A DNA stretch of 64,000 nucleotides from Octopus sinensis (Eukaryota). Every line of letters starts with the position of its first letter. Within the stretch, counting starts at the first letter, position 1. Shown here piece by piece: positions 24,461 to 36,819 of this stretch. The notes below the pieces were generated by a model that saw nothing but the letters and a program-made list of their open reading frames with translations, did no database searches and was not told where the DNA came from. Position numbers and translations under genes: made by a program. The stretch spans positions 97,712,001-97,776,000 of the forward strand of contig NC_043003.1 in the NCBI RefSeq assembly GCF_006345805.1, read 5' to 3'.

Positions 24461-24715
24461 ATACTTGAGATTTGGTTAAATTATGTACTTAAATTGAGGC
24501 ACCTTGTTAGGTCGATCTAATTTGCACACCCAAACAATATCAGGTGAATGTCAAACTCTATACAGAAGTGTTTGCACTTCATATTCTTGCAGTGTATGCA
24601 GAGATGTGTGTATATATATATATAAAAGGAAAGTTTATGAAAATAAACAAAAGACGAAGGCAGGTGGAGTACAAACAAACAAATGTATTAGTATAGCGCT
24701 CAGGAATAGAAAATG

Positions 24716-24753
24716 TCTTTTACGTTTCGAGCCTACGCTCTTCGACAGAAAGA
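24716..24753 (-). ncRNA. Minimal type I hammerhead ribozyme motif (Penelope-like-element type) in a short repeat (~24627-24771)
   Basis: Minus strand UCUUU-CUGUCGA-A-GAGC-GUAG-GCUC-GAA-AC-GU-A-AAAGA: all three helices pair, loopless palindromic helix III (ACGU), GUA cleavage triplet; core has A6U and an extra A. Confidence 0.7.
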
Positions 24754-24769
24754 TACACAGAAAAAAACA

Positions 24770-24800
<31 letters not shown>

Positions 24801-25192
24801 GCCTTCTGGCTTCACAGACCCCAGTTGAACCGTCCAACCCATGCTAGCATGGAAAGCGGACGCTAAATGATGATGATGATGATATATATATATATATTAT
24901 ATATATATATCTTCATCATTTAACATCCACTTTTCCATGTTTGCATGGATTTGATGGAATTTGTTCAGTGATTTTTCCATGTTTTGATGCCCTTCCTGTT
25001 TTCAAGCAAGGTATTTCCCCATAGCTTGACATGTTTTAATGGAAGACTGAAAACAAACAACTTCATTTGTATGATGATGTTTATTTACAACCATCAGGTG
25101 ATGTTTAGACACCGGTACATGCAAACACAAACACGCGCACATACATACATATGTGTGTGTGAGTATATATATATATTTATATATAGGTGCAT

Positions 25193-25560
25193 GAGTGGCT
25201 GTGTGGTAAGTAGCTTGCTTACCAACCACATGGTTCCGGGTTCATTCCCACTGTATGGCACCTTGGGCAAGCGTCTTCTACTATGGCCTTGGGCTGCCAA
25301 AGCCTTGTGAGTGGATTTGGTAGATGGAAACTGAAAGAAGCCTGTCATATGTGTGTGTGTTTGTGTCTGTGTTTTTCCTCCCACCATTGCACGACAACTG
25401 ATGCTGGTCTATTTACATCCCCGTAACTTAAGGTTTGGCAAAAGAGACTGATAGAATAAGTACTAGGCTTACAAAGAATAAATCCTGGGGTCGATTTGTT
25501 TGACTAAAGGCGGTGATCCAGCATGGCTGCAGTCAAATGACTGAAACAAATAAAAGAATA
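25193..25560 (+). mobile_element. Family-A SINE, full length
   Basis: Both arms present. Confidence 0.83.
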
Positions 25561-25570
25561 TATATATATA

Positions 25571-26837
25571 TTGTGTCCTCCCGTAAATAATGCGGTTTTT
25601 TTATGCTTTTATTTTTCAAAATTAAGATAAACAAAGTTCTTTTTTAATCTAAAATATATTCTCCTTCATTTTTCATCTATCTGGTAGTCTTACAAGGCCC
25701 CCTCTTCCAAAATTCACTTTCTGTGATGAGAAATATTCCTCCTGTACTGTTCTGATCTCGTCTACAGAATTCATATTTTTATCATTCAAATATTTTTGAA
25801 GACTGCAGAATAAATGATAATGAGTTGGGGCAATGTCTGGTGAATATGGTGGGTGGGGCATCGTTTCCCATTCAAACTGCTCCAGCCTTTGGAATGTCAT
25901 CCACACTGTATGTGGCTGAGCATTATCCTGATGGAAGAGCACCTTTCGTCTTGAAACCAAAGATGGTTGTTTTTCTTCTAGCACTGACTTAAGCCACTCA
26001 AGCGCCTCACAGTAGATCTCCTTTGTTACCATTTGGTTTGGGTTTAAATGTTCAAAGTGGACTAAACCTTTCATATCCCACCAAACAGATAACAATACCT
26101 TACATGGGTGAATACCTTCTTTAGCCTGGGGTGCTGGTGTTTCTCCTTTTCCTACCCACTGTCTTTGGCACTTAACATTTTTATAGAGAACTTAATCTTG
26201 TCACCGGTCACTATTCAGTCCCAAAAAGGTTCGTTCGTGAGACGTGACAGCAAAAAAAAGTACACCTTCATTCTCTGCTTGCAATTAAACTCAGAAAGTT
26301 TGTGAGGAACCCATTGACCCTATTTGCTGACTTTTCCAATGGCACACAGGTATCGATGAATGGTTGAATGACCATATCCAATCTTCTCTGCCAGTTCCTC
26401 AACAGTTATGATGGGATTTTGTTCCTCCAGGGTTTGCAGAAATTCCTTGTTGAGCTCTACAGATCTTCCAGGATGAGACTTGTCTTCTAGGCTGTAGTTT
26501 CTGGCTTGGAATTTCTGGAACTACAGTTGACACTAGCTTATGCTTATTGTCTGATCCCCATACACTGCATTAATATTCCTTGCACTTTCCATTGCGTTGT
26601 TGCCTTTATTGAACTCATAAAGCAAAATATGGTGAATATGCTCCTTTGTCACTTCCATTATAGCTTTGAGAAAATAACTGTTAAAATCGAACTGCATTCT
26701 TCAAAAGTTGCACTAAGAATAAGAACAAGGTATAATTACTACCTGCTTTTATAGCAAGTTGATGCAGGTAGTTCATCCTGTTCTCCTCCGACTTTTAGTT
26801 CATGCAATTGAAAAAACTGCATTATTTATGGGATGAC

Positions 26838-26841
<4 letters not shown>
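25571..26841 (-). mobile_element. Full-length decayed mariner transposon (1271 bp)
   Basis: About 30-bp TIRs TTG(G/T)GTC(A/C)TCCC(A/G)TAAATAATGC in (TA)n; transposase from ATG 26658 MEVTKEHIHHILLYEFNKGNN (with stops) to WWDMKG...HQDNAQPH...HPPYSPDIAPTHYHLF. Confidence 0.92.
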
Positions 26842-26871
<30 letters not shown>

Positions 26872-27709
26872 GGGATTGATAATCTAGATGAAATACTTCA
26901 TCAGTTCTCCATAGATTAAGGATACACCAGGCTAACAAATATGGCCTCTGATATCTGTAGGATTCCCGGTGATTCAAACTCAGCAAGCTGTCACCTATCA
27001 AATTTACAAATCCGCAGTATTGTTGCCAAATGAAATTGGTATGTTGCTACAGAGTGATATAGAAAATACACGCAAAGAATGGATTTTATACATTTATTAA
27101 TGACTTACACATGTTTCCAATAAATGTTGGAGGGGACTAGCTCCATAGTTCAATTGAATTAATCAAATTAGTTCCATTTGTGTCAGCATGGAAGGTGGAC
27201 GTTAAACGATGATGATGAATTGATCCATAGTGGATTGACTAGAAAAATAGAGAACATTTCCACATTTATATCTTCTTCAGAGCCACAAATAAATGGTCTC
27301 AGGTTACCAAATGTATAAATTATATTTCTGTGTATTATACACACACACATGCGTGTGCGCATGCATAAATGTCAAATGACGGGATTGAGTGTTCAGCGCT
27401 GCATTGGTGGATAAAATTTCTTTATTTGTTGGTTAAGGCTACGATTGGTGTCATGTTAAAAAAAATATGTTAATATCGTAACAATTTTTCAAACTGATCC
27501 CATGGAGGAATATATGGTAGGATTGTTTCAGTTTCTATCTACCAAAGCCACTCACAAGGCTTTGGTCAGCCTGAAGCTATAATAGAAGACACTTACCCAG
27601 GGAGTTGCACAGTGGAACTGAATTCAAGACAGCATGGCTGGGAAGCCAGCTTCTTAACCACAGATTATATTATAGAACTTCTGAAGAACCATTAAAATAT
27701 TAAAAGCTG

Positions 27710-27942
27710 TTAACTCTTTTTACTATGGAAATCAGATATATCCACTCAAAATTTCATTACCCTAACTGTGGAAAGCAGTTTTATATACCAAACTATCATG
27801 TTTGAAACTGTTTTTTGTTGGAATAAGTGAAATTCACTGAGTTTAACATAACTTGCAGAAAATATCAACTCTAAGTTTTGTATGATATTTAACATAATTG
27901 CTGGAATAACCACAAAATTTAATTTCACAGTTAAAAGGTTAA
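27710..27942. mobile_element. piggyBac-like MITE
   Basis: TTAA-CTCTTTT ... AAAAGG-TTAA termini. Confidence 0.5.
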
Positions 27943-28042
27943 AACAAACCTATGCACATGCAGTGAGATTCCCATGAATGTCTATAAGCACACACAGAGA
28001 ATTGTATACAAGTGTTTTTTTTTATTTCTCTTTCTTACAGTA

Positions 28043-28166
28043 ATGACAGCAATTAAGCACACACTTCAGCGGGAGGTGTTTCTTCCTGCTGAAGAAAGAC
28101 TTGTTGGCCTAGTCCATGTTGCAAAAGCAGGAAAGAAGAAAAAGAGTAGTTTCTTGTGCGCAGCAG
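28043..28166 (+). CDS. EXOC1: Exocyst complex component 1 (Sec3), coding exon 1
   Basis: TTACAG acceptor ending 28040; [41 protein letters not shown] matches human EXOC1 MTAIKHALQRDIF...KAGKKKKNCFLCA; GTAAGT donor; 124 nt. Confidence 0.97.
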
Positions 28167-28380
28167 GTAAGTCTGAATAACACTTCAGTTTACCAAAAAA
28201 AAAAAAAAAAATCACTCTAACTACCCCATTTCTTATTGACAGTAAGCAGAATTTATGGTGTTAGGTAATGTGTATCAAATATTTAAATATAATCATAAAA
28301 TCTATGTATTTTTTTCAGGCAGGACAAAGTTTAAGAAATATTGCATTTGGTTAATGTTTAAGAAAAAGAGAGTTTTAATG

Positions 28381-28727
28381 TTATTATATTTCGGAATGGT
28401 CATTTTGCTAGTTTAGCCAATAAAAACACACGCACTATATATTTGGTGTTACTTTGCTTCAGTGTTATTTATTTTTTACATTAATCTTAATCTTATTTCG
28501 GCCAGAGTTCTTTCGTCACACTCCTGTGACCGCATCAGTGGTCCTTTGTTTTCCTCTTTCTTATTTGTGTCTCTCCTTACTAACCGTCAGCTATTTTGTA
28601 CTCTGGCCGAAATAAGATTAAGATTAATGTAAAAAATAAATAACACTGAAGCAAAGTAACACCAAATATATAGTGTGTGTGTTTTTATTGGCTAAACTGG
28701 CAAAATGACCATTCCGAAATATAATAA
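28381..28727. repeat. Fold-back: 128-bp arms (2 mismatches) and 91-bp loop, with a hammerhead-like motif at the arm/loop junction on the minus strand
   Basis: 28381-28508 is the reverse complement of 28600-28727; motif at ~28500-28544. Confidence 0.9.
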
Positions 28728-29671
28728 TATCTGTTTCAACACACGACTTCACGTAAAACATCTTGCACAACAAATATATAAACGTAGAGTTTTAATGTTT
28801 TGGGCATTAGTCTTTCATCAGTGAGAAAGTGAAATCAATGAGAGAGAGAGAGAGAGAAAGAATGAGATATGAGCCAGGCAGGAATGTGGCTCATGTGAGG
28901 TGTAGGTGGGGAGTTAAGAAGTGTTTGAAAATGATCAAACAGTGGAGTTGTGTGTTTTCCTTTTTTTTCAAGGTGTGTGTATGCATGTAGAAATGTGCAG
29001 GTGTGGAAGTATAGTAGCATAGGCTAGTGGGGGTGTGAGGTGTTGATGTGTGTATGTGTGATTGTAAAGTTTGTATGGGAAAAGTGTAGATGTGAGGAGG
29101 TGAGAGCGGGTGTGTGTTTCAAGTTAAAGGGAAGGTAATAATGTGGATAGTGCGAAGAAGTGTGTGCAGGGGTTTGAATGCAAGACACTGTTGCATGGGA
29201 GATATGAGCAAAAGAATTAAAAGTGGGAGAAAAGGTTTAAGGAGAGAAGAGGTCAGAGAAAAATGAATGATTATAAAAAAACATTGGTAAAAGAAATGCT
29301 TTTACTAGTTCTGAAAGAGAAGTTATATTTAGAAATCTCAAAAATGCTGGTGAAACATCCGAGGAAGAATTCTGTAAGAAAAATTGTGAATTCTGAGAAA
29401 AGCATTTTAGAAATTTCACAACACTAGCAAAATATCTGGAGAAGCTGGAAAGTCCTAAAGATGTTGAGAAACTGGTAAAAACAAAAGAAGAGAGGCAAAT
29501 GGAGTGGCAAAAAGGAAGTGAAAGAAGTGTGTGTGTATACACTGGAGTGTGTATGTGTGTGTGTGTGTGTGGGGTGTGTGTGTTATACTCAGTATAATAT
29601 GATAAAAAAAGCTCATACAATATGATTTACTATACACTATTCTATCTCGAAGTCTCTTAACTTTATTTCAG

Positions 29672-29802
29672 TGACTGTTGATAGCCCTGTTCAAGCTCAT
29701 ATCTACCAACTGAAGAAAGCAGACAAGGGCGAATCATATAAGAAAAAGTTGTCCTGGTTTCTTAGAGAACTGAAAGTGGTCGATGGCAAAGATGTCAATA
29801 AA
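29672..29802 (+). CDS. EXOC1: EXOC1 coding exon 2
   Basis: (V)TVDSPVQAHIYQLKKADKGESYKKKLSWFLRELKVVDGKDVNK; AG/GTAAGT; 131 nt, phase 1 to 0. Confidence 0.95.
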
Positions 29803-30871
29803 GTAAGTATTACATTTGTTGGTTTTTAGCCCATGGACGATCCCTGGTCAATGTAGATAATTAGCTAAATGATTGGTACAATCCACAATACCAGATACGT
29901 CTTGTCTCCACCTAGCTGAAGTTGGGGTCACATTGCTCTTTCTGAGAAGCTTCATCATCATCATCGTTTAACGTCCGTTTTCCATGCTAGCATGGGTTGG
30001 ACGTTTCAACTGGGATCTGGGAAGCCAGAAGGCTGCACCAGGCCCAGTCTGATCTGGCAGTGTTTCTACAGCTGGATGCCCTTCCTAACGCCAACCACTC
30101 CGTGAGTGTAGTGGGTGCTTTTTACGTGCCACCTGCACAGGTGCCAGACGAGGCTGGCAGACGGCCACGATCGGAAGGTGCTTTTTACGCGCCACCGGCA
30201 CATGACTGAAAATCATTTTACAACTATCGCATGATGTGAAGACATGAAAACTCACAAGCACAAACACATGATGGGCTTGTTTTAGTTTCTGTCTACCTCA
30301 TTCACTCCTAAGGCTTTGGATGGCCTGCGGCTGTAGTAGAAGACACTTACCAAAGGTGCCACTCAGTGGGACTGAACCCAGAGCTATAAGTTCGGGAATC
30401 AAACTTCTTACCACACAGCCACATCAGAGAATATAAATCATAAATAGAACTAGAGAGAGAAAAAGAGAGAAATTAGATGTGTTCTATCTAGTTTCACATG
30501 TAATGTAGAATGACTTTTCTGTTAATAGAGATAATATTGTTAATTATGGATTGGAGTGAGCATGGTCGTCTGGGCAGAAAATACAGAAATAAATTTGTTT
30601 GTGCCTTCATTTTATATTGTTTTTTCTGTGATAGCATAGGTTAAATGAATACGTGTTAATAGTCTTACAGTTTGATGTTCTTGCTGGTGCTAACCTTTGT
30701 TTTGCAAGTAAGGAATTTTTTTCTGATTCCACATGTCTGTGAAAGTAGAGAACTATTGGATGATTTCTTCTCCAGGAATTGTCAAACTTCACCATGTGTG
30801 GCTCACCAATTGTGGATGCTATATTTGGCAAAGTGCAGCGTAAACATTCACTCAGATATGCATGTGTATTA

Positions 30872-31103
30872 TATTTCTTTACTACCCACAAGGGGCTAAA
30901 CACAGAGGGGACAAACAAGGACAGACAAACGGATTAAGTCGATTATATCAACCCCAGTGCGTAACTGGTACTTAACTTATCGACCTCGAAAGGATGAAAG
31001 GCAAAGTCGACCTCAGCGGAATTTGAACCCAGAACGTAACGGCAGACGAAATATGGCTATGCATTTCGCCCGGCGTGCTAACGTTTCTGCCAGCTTGCCG
31101 CCT
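30872..31103 (-). mobile_element. Family-B SINE, full length
   Basis: Head GGCGGCAAGCTGGCAGAAACG at the 31103 end; tail TAGTAAAGAAATA. Confidence 0.85.
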
Positions 31104-31129
31104 TATGTGTATATATATATATATACACA

Positions 31130-31184
<55 letters not shown>

Positions 31185-31597
31185 GAACTTCACACAGTTT
31201 ACATCTACCAGAGTTACAGTCAAATATTTGTCTAAGGTACTGTGCAGTGGGACTGAACCTAAAATCACTTGGTTGAGAAATGAACTTCTTAACTGCAAAG
31301 CCATATCTGTATTTAAATAAAAAAAATAAAATGTATGCCACAGTAAATCCACATTTTCTGAAAAACCTGCGATTAAATATTGTGTAAACATGGTAGATAT
31401 TGCTACAGTAGATATATTTTTATACAAATACACGCATATACACATGCTTACGTATTTGTATGTGAATGAATATGGATGTGTACGCATGTATGTGTGCACA
31501 AGCAATGAACTGTGTTTGTAATTTAGTTAAGTTCAATGTTGTTACTTTTAGCTATTTTTAATTTTTTTTGATATTAAAAATATTTTCTGTGTTCCAG

Positions 31598-31699
31598 TTT
31601 TCAGAAATTGCAGAATTTGATCTCCATTTTGAGAAAGTTTACAAATGGGTAGCCAGTAGCATGACTGAGAAGTCCAGTTTTATATCCTGCCTGTGGAGG
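31598..31699 (+). CDS. EXOC1: EXOC1 coding exon 3
   Basis: [34 protein letters not shown] (human [16 protein letters not shown]); the only in-frame acceptor is CCAG ending 31597; GTAAGT donor at 31700. Confidence 0.93.
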
Positions 31700-31845
31700 G
31701 TAAGTTCTAGCTTCCTCAGCTAAAGCACAACTTTTGGCTAGGACCAATAGATGTCTATAGCAGTGGTCACTTCTGAAACTATTCATCTTCCTATAAAACT
31801 AGGGTAAACTCTTGCCATCAATAATAATGGTTATTTCCAACACAG

Positions 31846-32087
31846 TTCTTCTTCTTCTTCTTCTTCTTCTTCTTCTTCTTCTTCTTCTTCTTCTTCTTCT
31901 TCTTCTTCTTCTTCTTCTTCTTCTTCCTTCTTCTTCTTCTTCTTCTTCTTCTTCTTCTCTCTTCTTCTTCTTCTTTTCTTCTTTTTTCTTCTTCTTCTTC
32001 TTCTTCTTATTCTTCTTCTCTTCTTCCTCTTCCTCTCCTTCTCTCTTCCTTTCCTCCTCCGCTTCCTCTTCCTCTTCCTCCTCCTCC
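31846..32087 (+). repeat. (CTT)n/(CCT)n polypyrimidine tract
   Basis: Pure CTT run then degenerate; adjoins a minus-strand family-C element. Confidence 0.95.
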
Positions 32088-33538
32088 ATGGATTGCATGG
32101 TTTGACAGGAGCTGGCTAAGTAGAAGACTGCATTAGGCTTCACTGACTGTTTTGGCAGGATTTTTACAGCTGGATGCCCTTCTTAACACCAGCCCCCTTA
32201 CAGAGCGAACTGAGTGTGCTTTTTACGTAGCACCAGCCTTTTCCTATACTTATAAAATGTTTACTTTTACTCAATTTTCATATGCATTTGAACTGTTTGT
32301 GCTGTATTTTTAAAAATTCTTGTGGGGAAAATGCCAAAGTTTTATAGAAAATATTAGATGAAATAAGTTTCAATATACACTTTATTCTTTTGTTAGTGAA
32401 GTTGATATCTCCTAGGTGGTTGAAAGGAACCACAGTAATCCCCTGGGTTGTTTCTTTCATCAGTTTCAGATGACTGAATGCATCAAAGTTCCATCAAGCA
32501 CAACTCGGCATGTTGACTATTTGAAGAGAGGAAATAAATGATACAGTTGGTCTGGGAAGAGCTAGACAAATGAGAAATTAATTTTATTCAGTTTATTTTT
32601 AATTAATGAATATTTTTGAAAATTAGTTTTTATTTCATGATTTTGTAAAACATCAAGATATTTGATAAAAAATTAAATTATAATTGCCATATGTATGTCG
32701 TATTTCCTAATATTACCCATGGTGGTAAAATATACTGGATGCCTTTTCATGGTATCAGCACTTGTGAGTTTGCTATGTAGCTTACAAGACTAAGATCTTC
32801 AAATGAGTGGGGTTACACACTGAGGAAAGTGGCTTTATGCTAGAAGATGAGAAACCAAAGTATGCAAGAAGGGGCCAGAACCAAACAGGTTTCTTGCAGT
32901 TGGTGAGCTACATGACTACTTATTTTATAGAAGGTTGGGTGGGGTGGAGGAAGGAAAAGTGGTAAAATAGTAAAGCATGAGGTTCACCTTCTAATTACCC
33001 TCAGAGCACTAGAAGCTGAAGAGTGGTGAATAGTTACAGAAGAAGAGAAGGTGGATAGAAGTTGCAAAAATGTATGTAGAGAATGAGAAATGGTTAGCGA
33101 TGGGAAATGGGTGAGGGGAAAAATACGATGAAGAAAAGGATTGAGGAGTGGTTGATAGGTGGAGGGAAAGGAGGGAAGAGTAGGTGATGGCTGTCGAGAT
33201 TGGGTAGTGTTGAGGGGTGTATACCCATACACTCACACACATATATATATAGGGCACCTGAAGACTATCATGGATATATACTGACTGAAATATAATTCAT
33301 ACTGAACTAAAATGATAATGTTACTAGTATAGATTCCCCAGACTATTGTAACATTCATGCTGTTAAAGTTTAAAATAATAGACTTTAATAACAAGAATGA
33401 AAAATTGGTAATTTCCTTTTAAGTAACTAAACAGGATATTGTTTTCCTTGTTATGTTAGTTTTGAATTAGTAAATTTGTATTGATGTGGGTGATAATGAT
33501 AATAACAATAATAATAATTACAATTTTTTTGTTTTCAG

Positions 33539-33602
33539 CTAAGTCAAAGATACCATGTGCAGAAAGCTGACTTCCTGAATATTCCAAAGACATTGTTGGA
33601 AG
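33539..33602 (+). CDS. EXOC1: EXOC1 coding exon 4
   Basis: LSQRYHVQKADFLNIPKTLLE (human [21 protein letters not shown]); 64 nt, phase 0 to 1. Confidence 0.9.
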
Positions 33603-34719
33603 GTAGTGTGGATAATTAAATATATTTAGTTGTTTTGATATTGATTTTTCACATTAGTACCAGGTTACATATCAGAAGGGGAGTGACCCCTCCCCCCAAT
33701 ACATGTAGGGTACTCCTTACTGAGATGAAAAACCTAAAGTCAACCTTTTGAGGGTTTAAATGTGCAGAGTCAACTCTAAATATTACAAGGTTTTACTTTC
33801 TTTTATCTCTGTTGCCATTGGTTGGTTTTAATACTAATGTTCATGTTGGATAATGGGTAGTAATTGGTGAAATTATAGACAAAATGCCTTGCAATATTTG
33901 GTTATTTTGTCTATCTTCTGGTCAGCCCCTAACTGAGCTGACCAGAAAAGTTCAATTATGAATTGATTGATTGTTGAATGAGCCTATGATCAATCAGGGA
34001 TTACTTAACTGTCATATATGTACTTATAACTGTACTGTATTGGTACTGTAGTTGCCATCCATCATCCTGGTTCCTCTGTCATTATTTGCTTCCATATTTC
34101 TAGAAGAAGCTCTCTGTTTCTAAACTTCAATTACTGCAGTATGAGGGAAATAATCCCTGATGATCTTTTAATGAAAGATGGAACTAATCGTTTTGATCCT
34201 CACTTATAGCTGTTGAAGCCCCTTTTGTTTATCCATGAGGATTATTTTCACAGCAGAACTAAATATATGTTCATAGAATTGGATTCGATTCAGCATTTTG
34301 CCCCGCATAGAAATCACGATTCAATCATGTGCACAACTGAGATTTTATCCAATGAATGCTTGTTGTTCACATGATAGTTTGATAGTCTAACTAGAACCAT
34401 CTGTGAGTAAGACTGACAAATACAGCCAAATTAAGCACCAAAATTCCAGGGTGTTTTTGAATCTAGTTTGGCGTACACTCTTCTAGTAGCTGTTTCCATA
34501 GCTGCATATTCCACCTAGATTGATTGAAGAAGACGCACCATGGTACTTGGATTTGCTACACTGAGCTTCTAAGACTTTCTGTGCCTTTCCTATTAATGTA
34601 ACAAATAATTTTCCAATACATAAAGAAGCTTCCTTGTTACATGTTCATAAAAACACTTTATATATGACTTATTTACTTACTATTACCCTGTTACCCTGTA
34701 TTGGGACTTTAATCTACTA

Positions 34720-35940
34720 CGTATGTGGAAAATTGGTGTGTGTTTGTTTGTGGCATTGTTAGCTAACTCCTCCTACATCATTTTATTGATTTTGATGAAA
34801 CTTGACACGTCAGTAGAACTCATGTCTGGAAACCTCGCGACATACTTAAATTGTTGAAAAAAATCGATAATACGGCCCCTGGAAGGGAACTTTATATCTA
34901 CCTCATATAACTCTAACTTTTTTAAACACTCAAGGGAAATAACCCATAGCATCTGCACTTACAGTTGTTAGTTTTTAGCGAAGCAATCAATATTTGATTC
35001 TCATGATCAACAGATCTAATTCTGAATTTCACTACTCACAGTTTTCAGCTGCTAAACCTTATTATTGCACTTCCTTGATGTATGTACACTTTCAATGCCC
35101 ATAACTCCGATAATTCTGCAATTTTTCTGGTTAAAATTTTTTGATGACAGTACATAAATTTTTGATTCCAGAACGTTTTTAATGTGTTCCAATACAATGA
35201 ACTCATACTTTGAATGCTTAAAATTCTTGAAAAATGAAACCTAACTTCCACACGACATTCAGTTGGGACACCCTGTATCATGTATACTTATTTTACAAAT
35301 CATAATATTTATTCTTTATTTACAGTTCATACATTTTCATGAAACTAATTGAGCCATCAAATTTAGAAATGATTTACAGGTTTCATTGTTTATGTTTGAT
35401 TACTTTGAATATTGATTTTTTTTGTGTGTCCAATTTTATACTTTATTTAACACGTGAGTAGAACTCATGTCTGGTAACCTCGTGACATACTTAGGTTGTT
35501 GAAAAAAATCGATAATAGGGCTCCTCCAATAGATCCTTCTATCAGCTACATATTAGTAATATTTTATTTAAACAATCCAAGGGAAATAACCCATACCACC
35601 TGCAGATTTTAGCGAAACGATCAATATTTGATTCTCATGATCATCCAACCTAATTCTGAATTTTACTACTCAGTTTTGAACTGCTAAACATTATTATTGC
35701 ACTTCTTCGATTTGAATCTTAAACTTTAAAGACTTCATTCATACATTTTTATACATACATACTTTTTTGAATGCCCGTTACTCCAATAATTCTGCATTTT
35801 TATAGTTACACTTTTTCCATGACAATAGATAATTTTTTTATTCCACAACGTATTTGTAGTGGCTTCATGCAGGCATAGCATGGATTCAATCTTCGATTGC
35901 CAAATTTCACTTAACACTTCAAGAGTACTTTTCTCACGGT
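34720..35940. mobile_element. Two diverged tandem copies of a DNA-transposon-like repeat
   Basis: 34800-35200 and 35445-35900 share blocks (GTAGAACTCATGTCTGG, GGGAAATAACCCATA, TTTGATTCTCATGATCA); the first ends GGGACACCCTG|TA. Confidence 0.55.
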
Positions 35941-36583
35941 AAAACAATAGTTTTTCTGTGAATGACAGCAGTTATGCATTTCCCAGATGCCTTTGCTAAG
36001 CAGAATAATGTCTTTGCCACTTGACTCTTCTAACCTCTTCTAGGCCACCAGGGGCTGGAATGGAGAAAACAGACCTCCAACGAAATCATTTGTTCTCAGC
36101 AATATGTCTATCCTTCTGGCTGCTTTTCGATAGTTATAAAAACAAGAACTCTGTAAGTTAAAGGTAGTTACTGAGAGTGACCATCAGTGAGTGTGAAGGT
36201 TACTGTTGCACTCTTCATAAAGTTCACCTTTAAAATGCCATGACGAATCACAGTACTTTCTCACCAACCTCCAAAAACCTCTCTCACCAGTCTCCAACAA
36301 TCTCTCCATCCTCCAGCTGCCAGTTTTTTGTACTTTTTCGCAACAGAAAATACACCTTTTGTGGGAGTTATAACGAAATTGCTTTCTTATATCAGAGTAA
36401 TTAGGCGTTTCAACAGAACATCTTTACCCCCGGGAATTACTGGGTACACCAGCTAGTTATTAATATATACACACACTTATATATGTGTGTCAGTGTATAT
36501 GTGTGTGTATAGCTCTATACATTTGAGGTACTTCCTCAAAGTGTGTGCCATTCATGTGTTCCTTTGTACTTTATCTTCAACAG

Positions 36584-36780
36584 AAGTATCTCGTCCGTCG
36601 GGACAGAGTCAGATAGCTGCTGGCAGTGATGACATTGCTATGGTTGATGAAGATTACCAAGCTCTCTCCAGTAAAGAGGAAGCTGATCTTGAGCTCCTCA
36701 TGTCTGAATGCCAAATGGCTATCAGTAATGCAGAAGCCTTTTCTGAGCAGCTCTCCAAGCAGCTGTCGATGCTGGATGGT
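36584..36780 (+). CDS. EXOC1: EXOC1 coding exon 5
   Basis: (E)VSRPSGQSQIAAGSDDIAMVDEDYQALSSKEEADLELLMSECQMAISNAEAFSEQLSKQLSMLDG; CAG/GTAAGT; 197 nt. Confidence 0.95.
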
Positions 36781-36819
36781 GTAAGTAGAATCACAATGTC
36801 TTTCTCTTATAACAAGTTA

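Noticed and set aside
31601-31613. Alternative acceptors TCAG (31604) and GCAG (31613) for EXOC1 exon 3
   Set aside because: Out of frame with the phase-0 donor at 29803; only CCAG at 31597 preserves the frame.
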